DNA of 64,000 nucleotides from Escherichia virus KFS-EC3, in the sequence record MZ065353.1; one strand, given 5' to 3'. How positions within the stretch are numbered: position 1 is the stretch's first letter; each line of letters starts with the position of its first letter. The notes beneath the pieces were generated by a model. That model ran no database searches. It was not told the origin of the DNA and was given only the letters and a program-made list of their open reading frames with translations. Position numbers and translations under genes: made by a program. This document shows, piece after piece, positions 8,489 through 18,322 of the stretch.

Positions 8489-9457
8489 ATGAAAACTGTA
8501 ACTATCAATAAGGGTATCTACTTCGGTAAAGAAATCTCTGGAACTTTTGAGCTCTTAGGCGAATGGTTCCCAGATAATGCTCCGGTAGATGCACAAGGAG
8601 ATGGTAAAGTTTTTGTTGAAATTGACGGTAAACGTCGCGGTGTTTGGGTTTACAAATCAGATATTTCATATGATGGTGTAAAAGTTGAAGAAGTTAAAGA
8701 ATCATATGAAGATATGAAAACCCGCATTAATAAAAGATTTAATGTTATGGGAATGATGACGAATGGTATTATTAATGGAAATATTCGTTCATTAATTATC
8801 TCTGGCGCAGCAGGTATTGGTAAAACGTATTCTTTAGATAAAGCTTTAAATAAAGCAAATGATAATGGATACATTGAATATAAAAGCATTAATGGTAAAA
8901 TCTCTGGTATTGGTCTTTATGAGCAGCTTTGGAATAATCGTGAAGAGAACTCTGTCCTTTTGATTGATGATGTGGATGTTTTCTCTGATATGGACATTCT
9001 TAATCTTCTAAAAGCTGCTCTGGACACCGGAGAGACCCGTAAAGTCTGCTGGAGCACTGCATCTTCTTACTTAGAAGAAAAAGGCATTGACCGTGAGTTT
9101 GAATTTAAAGGAACGATTGTTTTTATCACAAACGTTGACATTGACCGCGAATTAGACCGTGGTACTAAACTTGCCCCACACTTACAAGCATTAGTGTCCC
9201 GCTCAGTTTATTTGGATTTGGGTGTTCACACTAATGAAGAAATTATGGTCAGGGTTGAAGATGTTATTCTTTCAACCGACATGATGCAAAAGCGCGGTCT
9301 TTCTGATGAAGAAACTTATAAAGCATTATCATGGATGAAAGTCAATGTTAATCGTTTACGCAATGTTTCACTGCGTACTGCTCTTTATCTTGCTGACTTT
9401 ATTATGACCGACAAAAACGGTTGGGAAGAAATTGCTGAGGTTACTCTTCTGAAATAA
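8489..9457 (+). CDS. P-loop ATPase (AAA-like)
   Basis: Walker A GAAGIGKT and Walker B LLIDDVD; track start at 8321 is an extension across the promoter. Confidence 0.65.
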   Translation: MKTVTINKGIYFGKEISGTFELLGEWFPDNAPVDAQGDGKVFVEIDGKRRGVWVYKSDISYDGVKVEEVKESYEDMKTRINKRFNVMGMMTNGIINGNIRSLIISGAAGIGKTYSLDKALNKANDNGYIEYKSINGKISGIGLYEQLWNNREENSVLLIDDVDVFSDMDILNLLKAALDTGETRKVCWSTASSYLEEKGIDREFEFKGTIVFITNVDIDRELDRGTKLAPHLQALVSRSVYLDLGVHTNEEIMVRVEDVILSTDMMQKRGLSDEETYKALSWMKVNVNRLRNVSLRTALYLADFIMTDKNGWEEIAEVTLLK

Positions 9458-9558
9458 TTCATAAGAGGACTTCTATGACAAAAAGGCAGTTCAGAAATAG
9501 ATTATATGGACTGCCATTAAAAAGATGACTAGAATTAAACTGGTGAATGGAGGTAGTG

Positions 9559-9861
9559 ATGTTATACTCAAAGGCTCGTGAAATTTACGAAACTAAAATT
9601 AAAGAAGCAGTATTTCAGTTCGCAACAACGATGCGATGGACAAATGATTGGGAGTATTCAAAAAATCATAAGAAGCCCATGGTGACAAGAAAGGCTCATA
9701 TGTTAGTGTTAATAGACCGTGAGCAGATTAAAGCCCGAGAAGCCCTCCAGAATCATAAAAAGGCTGCCTTTGAATGGTTTATGGATAACACTGCTCCTGA
9801 GACTAAGAAAGCAGTGAGCGCATGGTTCAGTGGAAAAAATTGTGAAAGAAGTTTCTTTTAG
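9559..9861 (+). CDS. hypothetical protein (100 aa)
   Basis: ATG with GGAGG RBS. Confidence 0.5.
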   Translation: MLYSKAREIYETKIKEAVFQFATTMRWTNDWEYSKNHKKPMVTRKAHMLVLIDREQIKAREALQNHKKAAFEWFMDNTAPETKKAVSAWFSGKNCERSFF

Positions 9862-9863
9862 TG

Positions 9864-9921
9864 GTTTACAAGACTGTTCCTCTGTGGTACTATACAACTA
9901 TCAACTACGGAGGAACAGAAA
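9864..9921 (+). promoter_or_regulatory. promoter-early-stem-loop (PeSL) cassette
   Basis: GTTTAC, TACTAT; perfect 9-bp inverted repeat CTGTTCCTC/GAGGAACAG flanks the -10; identical copy at 62139. Confidence 0.6.
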
Positions 9922-10449
9922 ATGAACGCTAAAGATATTTTCAACTTGGTAAATTACAACGATGGTAAATTTAAATCTGAAGCACAAAGCAAGTTCTTTA
10001 ATGACATCTCAATCGGAGGTGAAATCACTGTTGATGGAGGACAAATTTACAAATCCCGTTGGAATTGGATCGTTATTATTGATGAGATTGGTATTGTAGA
10101 AATTTACAAGAATACGAATAAAAATCGTACATTACATTGGTCTCGTGATACTAACGAACAGTACAAAAAGGATAAAGCATCTAAATTATCTCGTGTAACT
10201 CAAGAAGATATTGAGTTCATCAAGAAAGATATTTTAATGTATGATAACTTAATTGCTGAAGAGCAAGCTGTTATTGATAAATTTGACGAGATTAAAGCTT
10301 CTCGTGAAATTCCTGATTTTATGAAAGAATCAGTAAATGAACGATACACTCTCATTTCAGAGCGTATTGAAACTTACAAAAAGCAAAGAGCTGAACGCCA
10401 AAATACTCTTCGGAAGTTTGAAGAACGGTTAAAGACGGTACTCGCATAA
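9922..10449 (+). CDS. hypothetical protein (175 aa)
   Basis: ORF track; GGAGGA RBS within the cassette. Confidence 0.6.
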   Translation: MNAKDIFNLVNYNDGKFKSEAQSKFFNDISIGGEITVDGGQIYKSRWNWIVIIDEIGIVEIYKNTNKNRTLHWSRDTNEQYKKDKASKLSRVTQEDIEFIKKDILMYDNLIAEEQAVIDKFDEIKASREIPDFMKESVNERYTLISERIETYKKQRAERQNTLRKFEERLKTVLA

Positions 10450-10504
10450 CCGCTTTATACCAAGGATGGTATAATGGTTCTAAGCCCTTTTAATTGAGAT
10501 TATT

Positions 10505-10912
10505 ATGAAACAGTTGATAATTAAAAGATTGAATTTATTGATATGTTGTTTATGTGTAGTAGTTGCATATGGTTATTACGCAATTAATGATTATATGCAT
10601 TATAAAGATTATGATGTTACTGTAGTTAATACCATTACAGGAACACAAGGAAAAGGGTCTAGTTTATCGTTTATTGCCGTATATGAACTCAAAGACGGTT
10701 ATAGATTTAGTGAATATATTTCCCCAGAGATGTATTCTTCAATAGAAAAAGGTGATAATATTACTGTAAGTTTACGTCCTTTTGACGTAAAACAGACACT
10801 GTTTGATAATATTGTTTGGTTCTTTGGAATGGTATTAGTTCAATCTGTGTGTGGTGCTTATGTAGTCTGTTCAATCATATTCTGTGTATTTAGTAAAATT
10901 GAAAATGAGTGA
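10505..10912 (+). CDS. membrane protein (135 aa)
   Basis: N- and C-terminal hydrophobic helices. Confidence 0.55.
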   Translation: MKQLIIKRLNLLICCLCVVVAYGYYAINDYMHYKDYDVTVVNTITGTQGKGSSLSFIAVYELKDGYRFSEYISPEMYSSIEKGDNITVSLRPFDVKQTLFDNIVWFFGMVLVQSVCGAYVVCSIIFCVFSKIENE

Positions 10913-10919
10913 GGAAAAT

Positions 10920-11810
10920 ATGTCAGTAGTAATTAATAATGTCAATGCAGTAATTAAATCATTAGTTAATAAAAAAATGATGAATGAATGGACTGTACTT
11001 CGCCGTGGAGAGCCAGATAAATTTTTTCATAGATTTAACCCAACTTTGGATTTGAATGTTATCGACAAAGATGTTCATGCAGAAATTTTAGATAAGTTTA
11101 AAGTTGATATTGGATTTGGATTAGAAAAACATTTGCAGCGAACAAGCGGATCTGGAATGAGTTTATCTAATCGCATTATGAAAGCCCTTAATAAAATTGG
11201 AGCATTGTCTCGTATTAATGCGAGTGAAATCCTTCGTAATTATAATAAAGGATATGACCTTTATGGTCGACTAATGCCAAAATTATCATTCGATCAAATG
11301 ATTGCGGATTTGTGGAAAAATCAACGACGATTATTAGCATTAGGCGCTCGATTAGCTAAAGGTCTAGATAAACAAATGATTTTTAAGACCAATAATACAG
11401 AAGACCTTAAATGCTTTAAATTTAGTATTCGCGGAGATGATTATTACATCAGAGCTCGCTCTACAGATTATGTTAATATGGGGCATCATCTCTGTTTAGC
11501 TTTTGAAGTTTTAAAAGAAGCTGGAACATTAGAATATTCATCTGGTGCAAAATGCCCTATTGGTTCAAGTTGTATTTTAATTTATCGCCCGGATGAATCC
11601 AGTTCAACTAAATTGCCTACAAAACCTGTACCAGTTCGTAGTAACGAAAAACATTCTGAACAAATTGATTATTTTAATAAACAGATTGAAGAGCTGAATA
11701 TTTCTATTCAACAATATGATGATGAAATTTTCAGACTATCTGGACTGAGTAGTAAAGCTAAATCTGAGCGTGAAAAGTTAATTAAAATTGTCGATTTACT
11801 TAAATCTTAA
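10920..11810 (+). CDS. hypothetical protein with C-terminal coiled coil (296 aa)
   Basis: ATG with GAGGAAAA RBS; track start at 10884 is an extension. Confidence 0.6.
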   Translation: MSVVINNVNAVIKSLVNKKMMNEWTVLRRGEPDKFFHRFNPTLDLNVIDKDVHAEILDKFKVDIGFGLEKHLQRTSGSGMSLSNRIMKALNKIGALSRINASEILRNYNKGYDLYGRLMPKLSFDQMIADLWKNQRRLLALGARLAKGLDKQMIFKTNNTEDLKCFKFSIRGDDYYIRARSTDYVNMGHHLCLAFEVLKEAGTLEYSSGAKCPIGSSCILIYRPDESSSTKLPTKPVPVRSNEKHSEQIDYFNKQIEELNISIQQYDDEIFRLSGLSSKAKSEREKLIKIVDLLKS

Positions 11811-11818
11811 GGAACACC

Positions 11819-12841
11819 ATGAAAACTCGTTCTCAAATTGAAGATATGGTTCGTACTGCCAGCGATACTCGTAATGTTATGACATTTTTGTGTGAAAATA
11901 ATTTAGACCCTGATAAAGTTAATCGTGCTATTCATCACTTTAAATATCTAAATAGCAGTGAATGGTTACGTCATTTTAGTAAAGCGGGGTATATTACACA
12001 AATGACGGCTCGTGAGCAGCTCACCGATTTCTGTAAAACCATTGATTATAAAAATCCTCTATTTGTTCAAGGCGTTGGTCAGAGTAAGGTCGATTTATCA
12101 TCTGGATTTTTCAATCCAAATCATTATCGTATTGAATGGAGATTTATTGCTCTATTCCGTAAACAATTAAAGCAAATTTTGTCGACGGCTAGTCGATTAA
12201 AAGGTTCTGACATTAACTTAAAGAACCTGAAATTTGATGGTTATACTCTTCAGATGGAAGTAAGACCATTAAAAGAAAATAACAGAACTGCACGAATTAG
12301 CTTTAAACCTAATACAAAAAATTCTCTTTCAATTTGCGAATGCCTTAAATCGCAGTTGACAGAAGCATTTAAGTATATGGATGTTGTTGCCGCAGTTCAG
12401 TCTAAGATTTTACCTCGTTTTGGGCGATTTAAATTAGACACAACAACATATGAACTTGATATGATCGTTTCATTTAAATACGATTTTTTGAGAAAGGACG
12501 AAATCCCGCAAGAGAAAAAGCAGGAAGTGCAAGATATTTTAAATTTATCCAATTACTCATCAAACGATCCTAAATTTTGGATGTATAGTTCAGGTAATAA
12601 GGATGCATGGAAATTCAATAAAGCGAATTTTCTTCCTGTTGAAAATCCGAGTCTTAAACCTGTTGAAAAATGGCACGCGGATGCGATTGAGAAGTCTATC
12701 AAGGCAGTAGATGATGAACTCGTTAAAGCAACTAATGAAGTGTTAGAAGCTGAAAAGATGCTAGAAAAAGCTCAAGAAAAAGTCAAAAATCTCACGAAGC
12801 AACGTTCTAAACTGAACAATGCACTAAATGCACTAAACTAG
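11819..12841 (+). CDS. hypothetical protein with C-terminal coiled coil (340 aa)
   Basis: ORF track; AAGGAACACC RBS. Confidence 0.6.
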   Translation: MKTRSQIEDMVRTASDTRNVMTFLCENNLDPDKVNRAIHHFKYLNSSEWLRHFSKAGYITQMTAREQLTDFCKTIDYKNPLFVQGVGQSKVDLSSGFFNPNHYRIEWRFIALFRKQLKQILSTASRLKGSDINLKNLKFDGYTLQMEVRPLKENNRTARISFKPNTKNSLSICECLKSQLTEAFKYMDVVAAVQSKILPRFGRFKLDTTTYELDMIVSFKYDFLRKDEIPQEKKQEVQDILNLSNYSSNDPKFWMYSSGNKDAWKFNKANFLPVENPSLKPVEKWHADAIEKSIKAVDDELVKATNEVLEAEKMLEKAQEKVKNLTKQRSKLNNALNALN

Positions 12842-12870
12842 TTTACTTCGCCACAAGGATGTGGTATAAT
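12841..12870 (+). promoter_or_regulatory. T4-type early promoter
   Basis: GTTTAC, 17-nt spacer, GTATAAT; 58 nt to ATG 12899. Confidence 0.6.
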
Positions 12871-12898
12871 GTTCTTACTTTCTACTGAGGAGATTAAT

Positions 12899-13825
12899 AT
12901 GACTCGTAAACATTATATTGAATATTTTGACAGTCTTATTACTAAACACCGTAATTATCAGATCGGACACAGAGCAGTAATCAATAATATTCTTCGTGAT
13001 TTCCTTCAATATGTTGGCCAGGAAAATCATATCTGTAAAGATACTCAGAACGCCTATTCTCATTCATTGGGCAATTTGCTTGAATGGTTTAAACGTTCTC
13101 GTATGTTATCTTCTACTGTAGCTCGCGATAACATTAAAAACTTTATGAAGCCGAGCTTCATTAAATCTGCAACATCTATAACCGATTTGGTTGAATTTAC
13201 TATTGTTAACGATGTTAAAAAGACCCACTTGGCTGATTGGTTATCTACCATTCCTGAAACTAAATTTGCTGATAAATTTGCTTGTCAATTCAATGACCAA
13301 GTGAATATGCTTTTTAAGCATGCTCGCAAACTATTTACTGCTGGTGATGACCGTACAAATACAGTTCATGTTAAGGATTGGGTTATTGCTGATGAAGTAA
13401 CACACAAGCCAGGTGGTTCATCAGTGTTAATTAATATCCAGGTTCCTTATTATTACTCACGTAATCTTGGCACCATGAACTCTAAAGAAATTAATAAGCA
13501 CAACAAAACTATTCGTTCGTTGTCTTATAAACTCCGCATGATGTTAAAAATCATGGACGTAGTAGAAATGTATGACGAAATCGAAGATAATGGTTCAATG
13601 TTATACAGTTCACGTATTCTAATTAAACTGAAGAACCCTAATACATATAAGACAGTTGTAAAAGAGCCTAAAGTAGAAAAGATTGATAACTTGAGCGAAG
13701 AACGTGAATATCTCAATGCTCGTTTGATTGAAGTTGAAGCCCAGATTGCCGAACACACCAAATTGTTAAAAGCTCTTAATGCAAAAGCAAATGGTTTACG
13801 TAATGCTATTGAGGTATTGAAATGA
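12899..13825 (+). CDS. hypothetical protein with C-terminal coiled coil (308 aa)
   Basis: ATG with GAGGAG RBS; the track ATG at 12869 lies inside the -10 box. Confidence 0.6.
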   Translation: MTRKHYIEYFDSLITKHRNYQIGHRAVINNILRDFLQYVGQENHICKDTQNAYSHSLGNLLEWFKRSRMLSSTVARDNIKNFMKPSFIKSATSITDLVEFTIVNDVKKTHLADWLSTIPETKFADKFACQFNDQVNMLFKHARKLFTAGDDRTNTVHVKDWVIADEVTHKPGGSSVLINIQVPYYYSRNLGTMNSKEINKHNKTIRSLSYKLRMMLKIMDVVEMYDEIEDNGSMLYSSRILIKLKNPNTYKTVVKEPKVEKIDNLSEEREYLNARLIEVEAQIAEHTKLLKALNAKANGLRNAIEVLK

Positions 13826-14190
13826 AAAAGCGTCTATTAGAAGATATTGCCGAAGCTTCAGATTTTCCTGAATGGACTCCATGCGCTGGGTTTGATAAAG
13901 GACTGTTAGTTACTGACGATTTAGATTTTAAACCTCCAGCCTGGGATGCTATTATGGCTATGGTTGAACGTCGCGAAAGGGCTTCTAAAAACGTTCCTAA
14001 TTGTCCTGAATGCGGTACTGAACAGGTTCAATTGATTAACTGGCGTAAACCGGAACTTGAATATAAATGCCGTCATTGTAAACACAAATTTAGCAAGCAT
14101 GCTCCGGAAATGGTTAAATTACCTGACTCTACTGAGTTCTTTAAAGAACTTGCGAGTGTTCAACCAATGCCTAATAATATTTTGGATTAA
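13822..14190 (+). CDS. zinc-ribbon protein (122 aa)
   Basis: CPECG...CRHC pairs; ATGA coupling. Confidence 0.55.
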
Positions 14191-14191
14191 A

Positions 14192-14434
14192 ATGACCAAG
14201 CGTAAAGAATATATGGAGACTGCTGAAAAGGCAGTCCGTGAATTAGCAATAGCGTATTATAATGAACATGGTAAATTTCCTGATAGATACAGCGTGCTTA
14301 AATCTGCTTTAACTCGTTCATATAAAAATATGCTATCAGAAGTAAGTGATATTATATACAAACATAAAGAACAAACGGGCCAAAGTCTTGATTACGATGA
14401 GACTTTTAAACAAGTACTAGGAATTAAGGAATAA
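14192..14434 (+). CDS. hypothetical protein (80 aa)
   Basis: ATG directly after upstream stop. Confidence 0.5.
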
Positions 14435-14435
14435 T

Positions 14436-14699
14436 ATGTTTAAAGTATATGGTTATGATAGCAACATCCATAAATGTGTGTATTGCGATAATGCAAAACG
14501 TCTTTTGACTGTAAAGAAACAGCCATTTGAATTTATCAACATTATGCCGGAAAAAGGTGTTTTTGATGATGAGAAAATCGCTGAGCTTCTAACGAAACTA
14601 GGTCGTGATACTCAAATTGGTTTGACGATGCCACAAGTATTTGCTCCTGATGGAAGTCATATTGGTGGATTTGACCAATTGCGGGAATACTTTAAATGA
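14436..14699 (+). CDS. nrdC: phage thioredoxin/glutaredoxin
   Basis: 87 aa; active site VYCDNA; sequence recognised as T4 NrdC. Confidence 0.9.
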   Translation: MFKVYGYDSNIHKCVYCDNAKRLLTVKKQPFEFINIMPEKGVFDDEKIAELLTKLGRDTQIGLTMPQVFAPDGSHIGGFDQLREYFK

Positions 14700-14911
14700 T
14701 GCTCGAAGGAACTGATTATATCCATGACTACCGCGGAAGCGCGGTATATGTAGGTGATGAAGTCGCAGTTTACTATGGGTATGGAACTTTGATGACAGCC
14801 AAGGTTATTCAAATTAAAAATAACCGTGCTAAACTCGAAGTTTATTATTCTAATGGTGAAAAGTCTATTTCTAAATGGAAATACGGCGATTGTATGGTCA
14901 AACTGGGGTAA
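14696..14911 (+). CDS. hypothetical protein (71 aa)
   Basis: ORF track; ATGA coupling to nrdC. Confidence 0.5.
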   Translation: MMLEGTDYIHDYRGSAVYVGDEVAVYYGYGTLMTAKVIQIKNNRAKLEVYYSNGEKSISKWKYGDCMVKLG

Positions 14912-14913
14912 AT

Positions 14914-15084
14914 ATGATTTACGATATTAGCGTATCAAGAACTCCGTCAATGGTTACTATTCCAGCTGAAGAATTAGATCGTCTTCAGAAAATTGAAGAG
15001 CTTCTTTGGGAAATTGAATCTGATTTGCCATCAGGACTAGAATCCTGGATTGATTACGAAGAACTTAATAAATTGCGAAATTAA
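14914..15084 (+). CDS. hypothetical protein (56 aa)
   Basis: ATG 3 nt after upstream stop. Confidence 0.4.
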   Translation: MIYDISVSRTPSMVTIPAEELDRLQKIEELLWEIESDLPSGLESWIDYEELNKLRN

Positions 15085-15094
15085 TTGGTGACAA

Positions 15095-15415
15095 ATGACT
15101 ATTGAAAATAAATTAGATGTTGATGCAGTTCTGAGCGAAATCATCGAAGACCATGATGCATTTTCAGAAAATTATGATTTCGATTTTTCGGATTATCTTA
15201 AACCTATCGAAATAGAAGACTGGGTGCAAGATGGTAAATGCCAATATCGTCAGTGTGTTTATTTTAGTCCAAAACATAACGTTCATGTGTCTGTAAATGA
15301 ATCTCGCTCAGGTTCTTACCATTCTGACTGGTATTATGCAGTTCCGACTGTTGAACTAGTCGAGCCCCGTGAACGTGTAGTAACTCAGACAATACGAGAA
15401 TGGATTACGCTATAA
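15095..15415 (+). CDS. hypothetical acidic protein (106 aa)
   Basis: ORF track. Confidence 0.55.
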   Translation: MTIENKLDVDAVLSEIIEDHDAFSENYDFDFSDYLKPIEIEDWVQDGKCQYRQCVYFSPKHNVHVSVNESRSGSYHSDWYYAVPTVELVEPRERVVTQTIREWITL

Positions 15416-15538
15416 AACCTTGGTGGGCGGCTAGATGGGAAACAGTAGAGCCAGAGCCGGAAGAACCGGTTTACACTGATGAAGAAACAGTATATAATGA
15501 ACCAACGATAAATGACTTAATTGATATGGAGATGGGGC

Positions 15539-15985
15539 ATGATTACAGTAGATAAGTGGTTTAGAATTAATCGTGCTGATAAAGGGCTGTGTAATTATTG
15601 GCCGGAACTTAGTGCAGGTACTGTCTTTAAAGTTCGTGAACTTGCAAAAGAATGCGAAGATGATATAGAACCTGATACTGGAATTATTGAAATTGAACTT
15701 TCTGGCGGAAAGGTTATTAACATCTACGATAAGCCAATTACGTATTGGTGCTTGTGGAATACTGAATCCGCAGAAAATGGCGAAATTGAAGAAGTTGTAG
15801 AACGAACTGATCAAGTTCTTCATAAACCTAAAGCCGCTTTTCAAGGTGAACGCATTTCATATGCATTAGCTAAATTAGCTGCACAAGAAAATAACGATGG
15901 TTATGAAGGAAATTTGATGCAAGCTGCGGCAGAATACATTGAATGGCTTGAAACTCAAATTTCTTTTTCTGACCGAGCGTTTTAA
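15539..15985 (+). CDS. hypothetical protein (148 aa), at the position of T4 pin
   Basis: ATG with GGAGATGGGG RBS; track start at 15521 is TTG. Confidence 0.5.
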   Translation: MITVDKWFRINRADKGLCNYWPELSAGTVFKVRELAKECEDDIEPDTGIIEIELSGGKVINIYDKPITYWCLWNTESAENGEIEEVVERTDQVLHKPKAAFQGERISYALAKLAAQENNDGYEGNLMQAAAEYIEWLETQISFSDRAF

Positions 15986-16034
15986 TACTTGAAAATAATA
16001 AATACCCTTATCTATTTAAGGTAAGGGTTTTATT

Positions 16035-16508
16035 ATGTTATTGACTGGCAAATTATATAAAGAAGAAAAACAGAAATTTTATGATGCACAAAACGGTAAA
16101 TGCTTAATTTGCCAACGAGAACTAAATCCTGATGTTCAAGCTAATCACCTCGATCATGACCATGAATTAAATGGACCAAAAGCAGGAAAGGTACGTGGAT
16201 TGCTTTGTAATCTCTGCAATGCCGCAGAAGGTCAAATGAAACACAAATTTAATCGTTCTGGCTTAAAGGGACAAGGCGTTGATTATCTTGAATGGTTAGA
16301 AAATTTACTTACTTATTTAAAATCCGATTACACCCAAAATAATATTCACCCTAACTTCGTTGGAGATAAATCAAAGGAATTTTCTCGTTTAGGAAAAGAG
16401 GAAATGATGGCTGAGATGCTTCAAAGAGGATTTGAATATAATGAATCTGACACTAAAACACAATTAATAGCTTCATTTAAGAAGCAGCTTAGAAAGAGTT
16501 TAAAATGA
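16035..16508 (+). CDS. 49: endonuclease VII (Holliday-junction resolvase)
   Basis: 157 aa; zinc-binding CxxC...CxxC; length and order match T4 gp49. Confidence 0.9.
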   Translation: MLLTGKLYKEEKQKFYDAQNGKCLICQRELNPDVQANHLDHDHELNGPKAGKVRGLLCNLCNAAEGQMKHKFNRSGLKGQGVDYLEWLENLLTYLKSDYTQNNIHPNFVGDKSKEFSRLGKEEMMAEMLQRGFEYNESDTKTQLIASFKKQLRKSLK

Positions 16509-18322
16509 CAATTGAAAAAGAAATTGAAGGATTGATTCATAAAACTAATAAAGACCTTTTGAACGAGAATGCTAATAAAGATTCTCGTGTTTTTCCAACT
16601 CAACGGGACCTTATGGCTGGTATTGTGTCTAAACACATTGCCAAAAATATGGTCCCGTCTTTTATTATGAAAGCGCATGAAAGCGGAATTATCCATTTCC
16701 ATGATATTGATTATTCCCCTGCTCTTCCATTTACTAATTGCTGTTTAGTAGATTTAAAAGGAATGCTTGAAAACGGATTTAAGCTAGGCAATGCACAGAT
16801 TGAAACTCCTAAATCAATCGGCGTTGCTACTGCAATTATGGCACAAATTACTGCACAGGTCGCTTCACATCAGTATGGCGGAACGACTTTTGCTAATGTA
16901 GATAAAATACTTTCTCCTTATGTTAAACGCACCTATGCAAAACATATTGAGGATGCAGAAAAATGGCAAATCGCTGATGCGTTGAATTATGCCCAATCTA
17001 AAACAGAAAAAGACGTATACGATGCATTCCAAGCTTATGAATATGAAGTAAATACTCTCTTTAGTTCAAACGGACAAACGCCTTTTGTAACAATTACATT
17101 TGGTACGGGAACTGACTGGACTGAACGAATGATTCAGAAAGCAATTCTGAAAAATCGCATTAAAGGCCTTGGTCGCGATGGGATAACTCCTATTTTCCCT
17201 AAGCTTGTTATGTTCGTTGAAGAAGGTGTTAATCTTTATAAAGACGATCCGAACTATGATATTAAGCAGCTTGCTCTAGAGTGTGCAAGCAAAAGAATGT
17301 ATCCTGATATTATTTCAGCTAAGAACAATAAAGCTATCACCGGTTCATCTATTCCTGTTTCTCCAATGGGTTGCCGTAGTTTCTTAAGCGTATGGAAAGA
17401 TTCGACTGGTAATGAAATTCTTGATGGACGTAATAATCTTGGCGTTGTAACACTGAATCTTCCTCGTATTGCGTTAGATTCTTATATTGGAACACAGTTT
17501 AATGAACAGAAATTTACTGAATTATTCAATGAGCGAATGGATTTATGTTTTGAAGCTTTGATGTGTAGAATTAGTTCCTTAAAAGGAGTTAAAGCGACTG
17601 TTGCTCCTATTCTTTACCAAGAAGGTGCATTCGGGGTTCGTCTTAAACCTGATGATGACATAATTGAGTTATTTAAAAACGGTAGAAGTTCAGTGTCCCT
17701 AGGATACATTGGTATTCACGAATTGAATATTCTTGTCGGTCGTGATATTGGACAGGAAATTTTGACTAAAATGAATGCTCGTCTTAAACAGTGGACTGAA
17801 AGAACCGGTTTTGCTTTTAGCTTGTATTCTACACCTGCTGAAAACCTGTGCTATCGCTTCTGTAAACTTGATACTGAAAAATATGGAAGTGTAAAAGATG
17901 TTACTGATAAAGGCTGGTACACTAACAGTTTCCATGTTTCAGTAGAAGAAAATATCACTCCGTTTGAAAAGATTTCTCGCGAAGCACCATATCATTTCAT
18001 TGCGACAGGTGGTCACATTTCTTATGTTGAACTTCCTGATATGAAAAATAACCTAAAGGGTCTTGAGGCTGTATGGGATTATGCTGCACAACATTTAGAT
18101 TATTTTGGTGTTAACATGCCAGTAGATAAATGTTTTACGTGTGGAAGTACCCATGAAATGACTCCTACTGAAAACGGGTTTGTTTGTTCTATTTGTGGAG
18201 AAACTGATCCTAAAAAGATGAACACAATAAGAAGAACTTGTGGTTATTTGGGAAATCCGAACGAACGCGGATTTAATCTCGGCAAAAATAAAGAAATCAT
18301 GCATAGGGTTAAACACCAATGA
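16505..18322 (+). CDS. nrdD: anaerobic ribonucleotide reductase, large subunit (intron-less)
   Basis: 605 aa contiguous ORF; glycyl-radical motif RTCGYLG; C-terminal Zn ribbon. Confidence 0.95.
   Translation: MTIEKEIEGLIHKTNKDLLNENANKDSRVFPTQRDLMAGIVSKHIAKNMVPSFIMKAHESGIIHFHDIDYSPALPFTNCCLVDLKGMLENGFKLGNAQIETPKSIGVATAIMAQITAQVASHQYGGTTFANVDKILSPYVKRTYAKHIEDAEKWQIADALNYAQSKTEKDVYDAFQAYEYEVNTLFSSNGQTPFVTITFGTGTDWTERMIQKAILKNRIKGLGRDGITPIFPKLVMFVEEGVNLYKDDPNYDIKQLALECASKRMYPDIISAKNNKAITGSSIPVSPMGCRSFLSVWKDSTGNEILDGRNNLGVVTLNLPRIALDSYIGTQFNEQKFTELFNERMDLCFEALMCRISSLKGVKATVAPILYQEGAFGVRLKPDDDIIELFKNGRSSVSLGYIGIHELNILVGRDIGQEILTKMNARLKQWTERTGFAFSLYSTPAENLCYRFCKLDTEKYGSVKDVTDKGWYTNSFHVSVEENITPFEKISREAPYHFIATGGHISYVELPDMKNNLKGLEAVWDYAAQHLDYFGVNMPVDKCFTCGSTHEMTPTENGFVCSICGETDPKKMNTIRRTCGYLGNPNERGFNLGKNKEIMHRVKHQ

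Noticed and set aside
15431-15844. 137-aa minus-strand ORF
   Set aside because: It lies antisense to a plus-strand gene that has a good RBS; its composition is typical of spurious antisense frames in AT-rich coding DNA.
16505-18322. Looked for a group I intron and intron-encoded endonuclease in nrdD
   Set aside because: nrdD is a single uninterrupted 605-codon ORF; no intron-like insertion is present.
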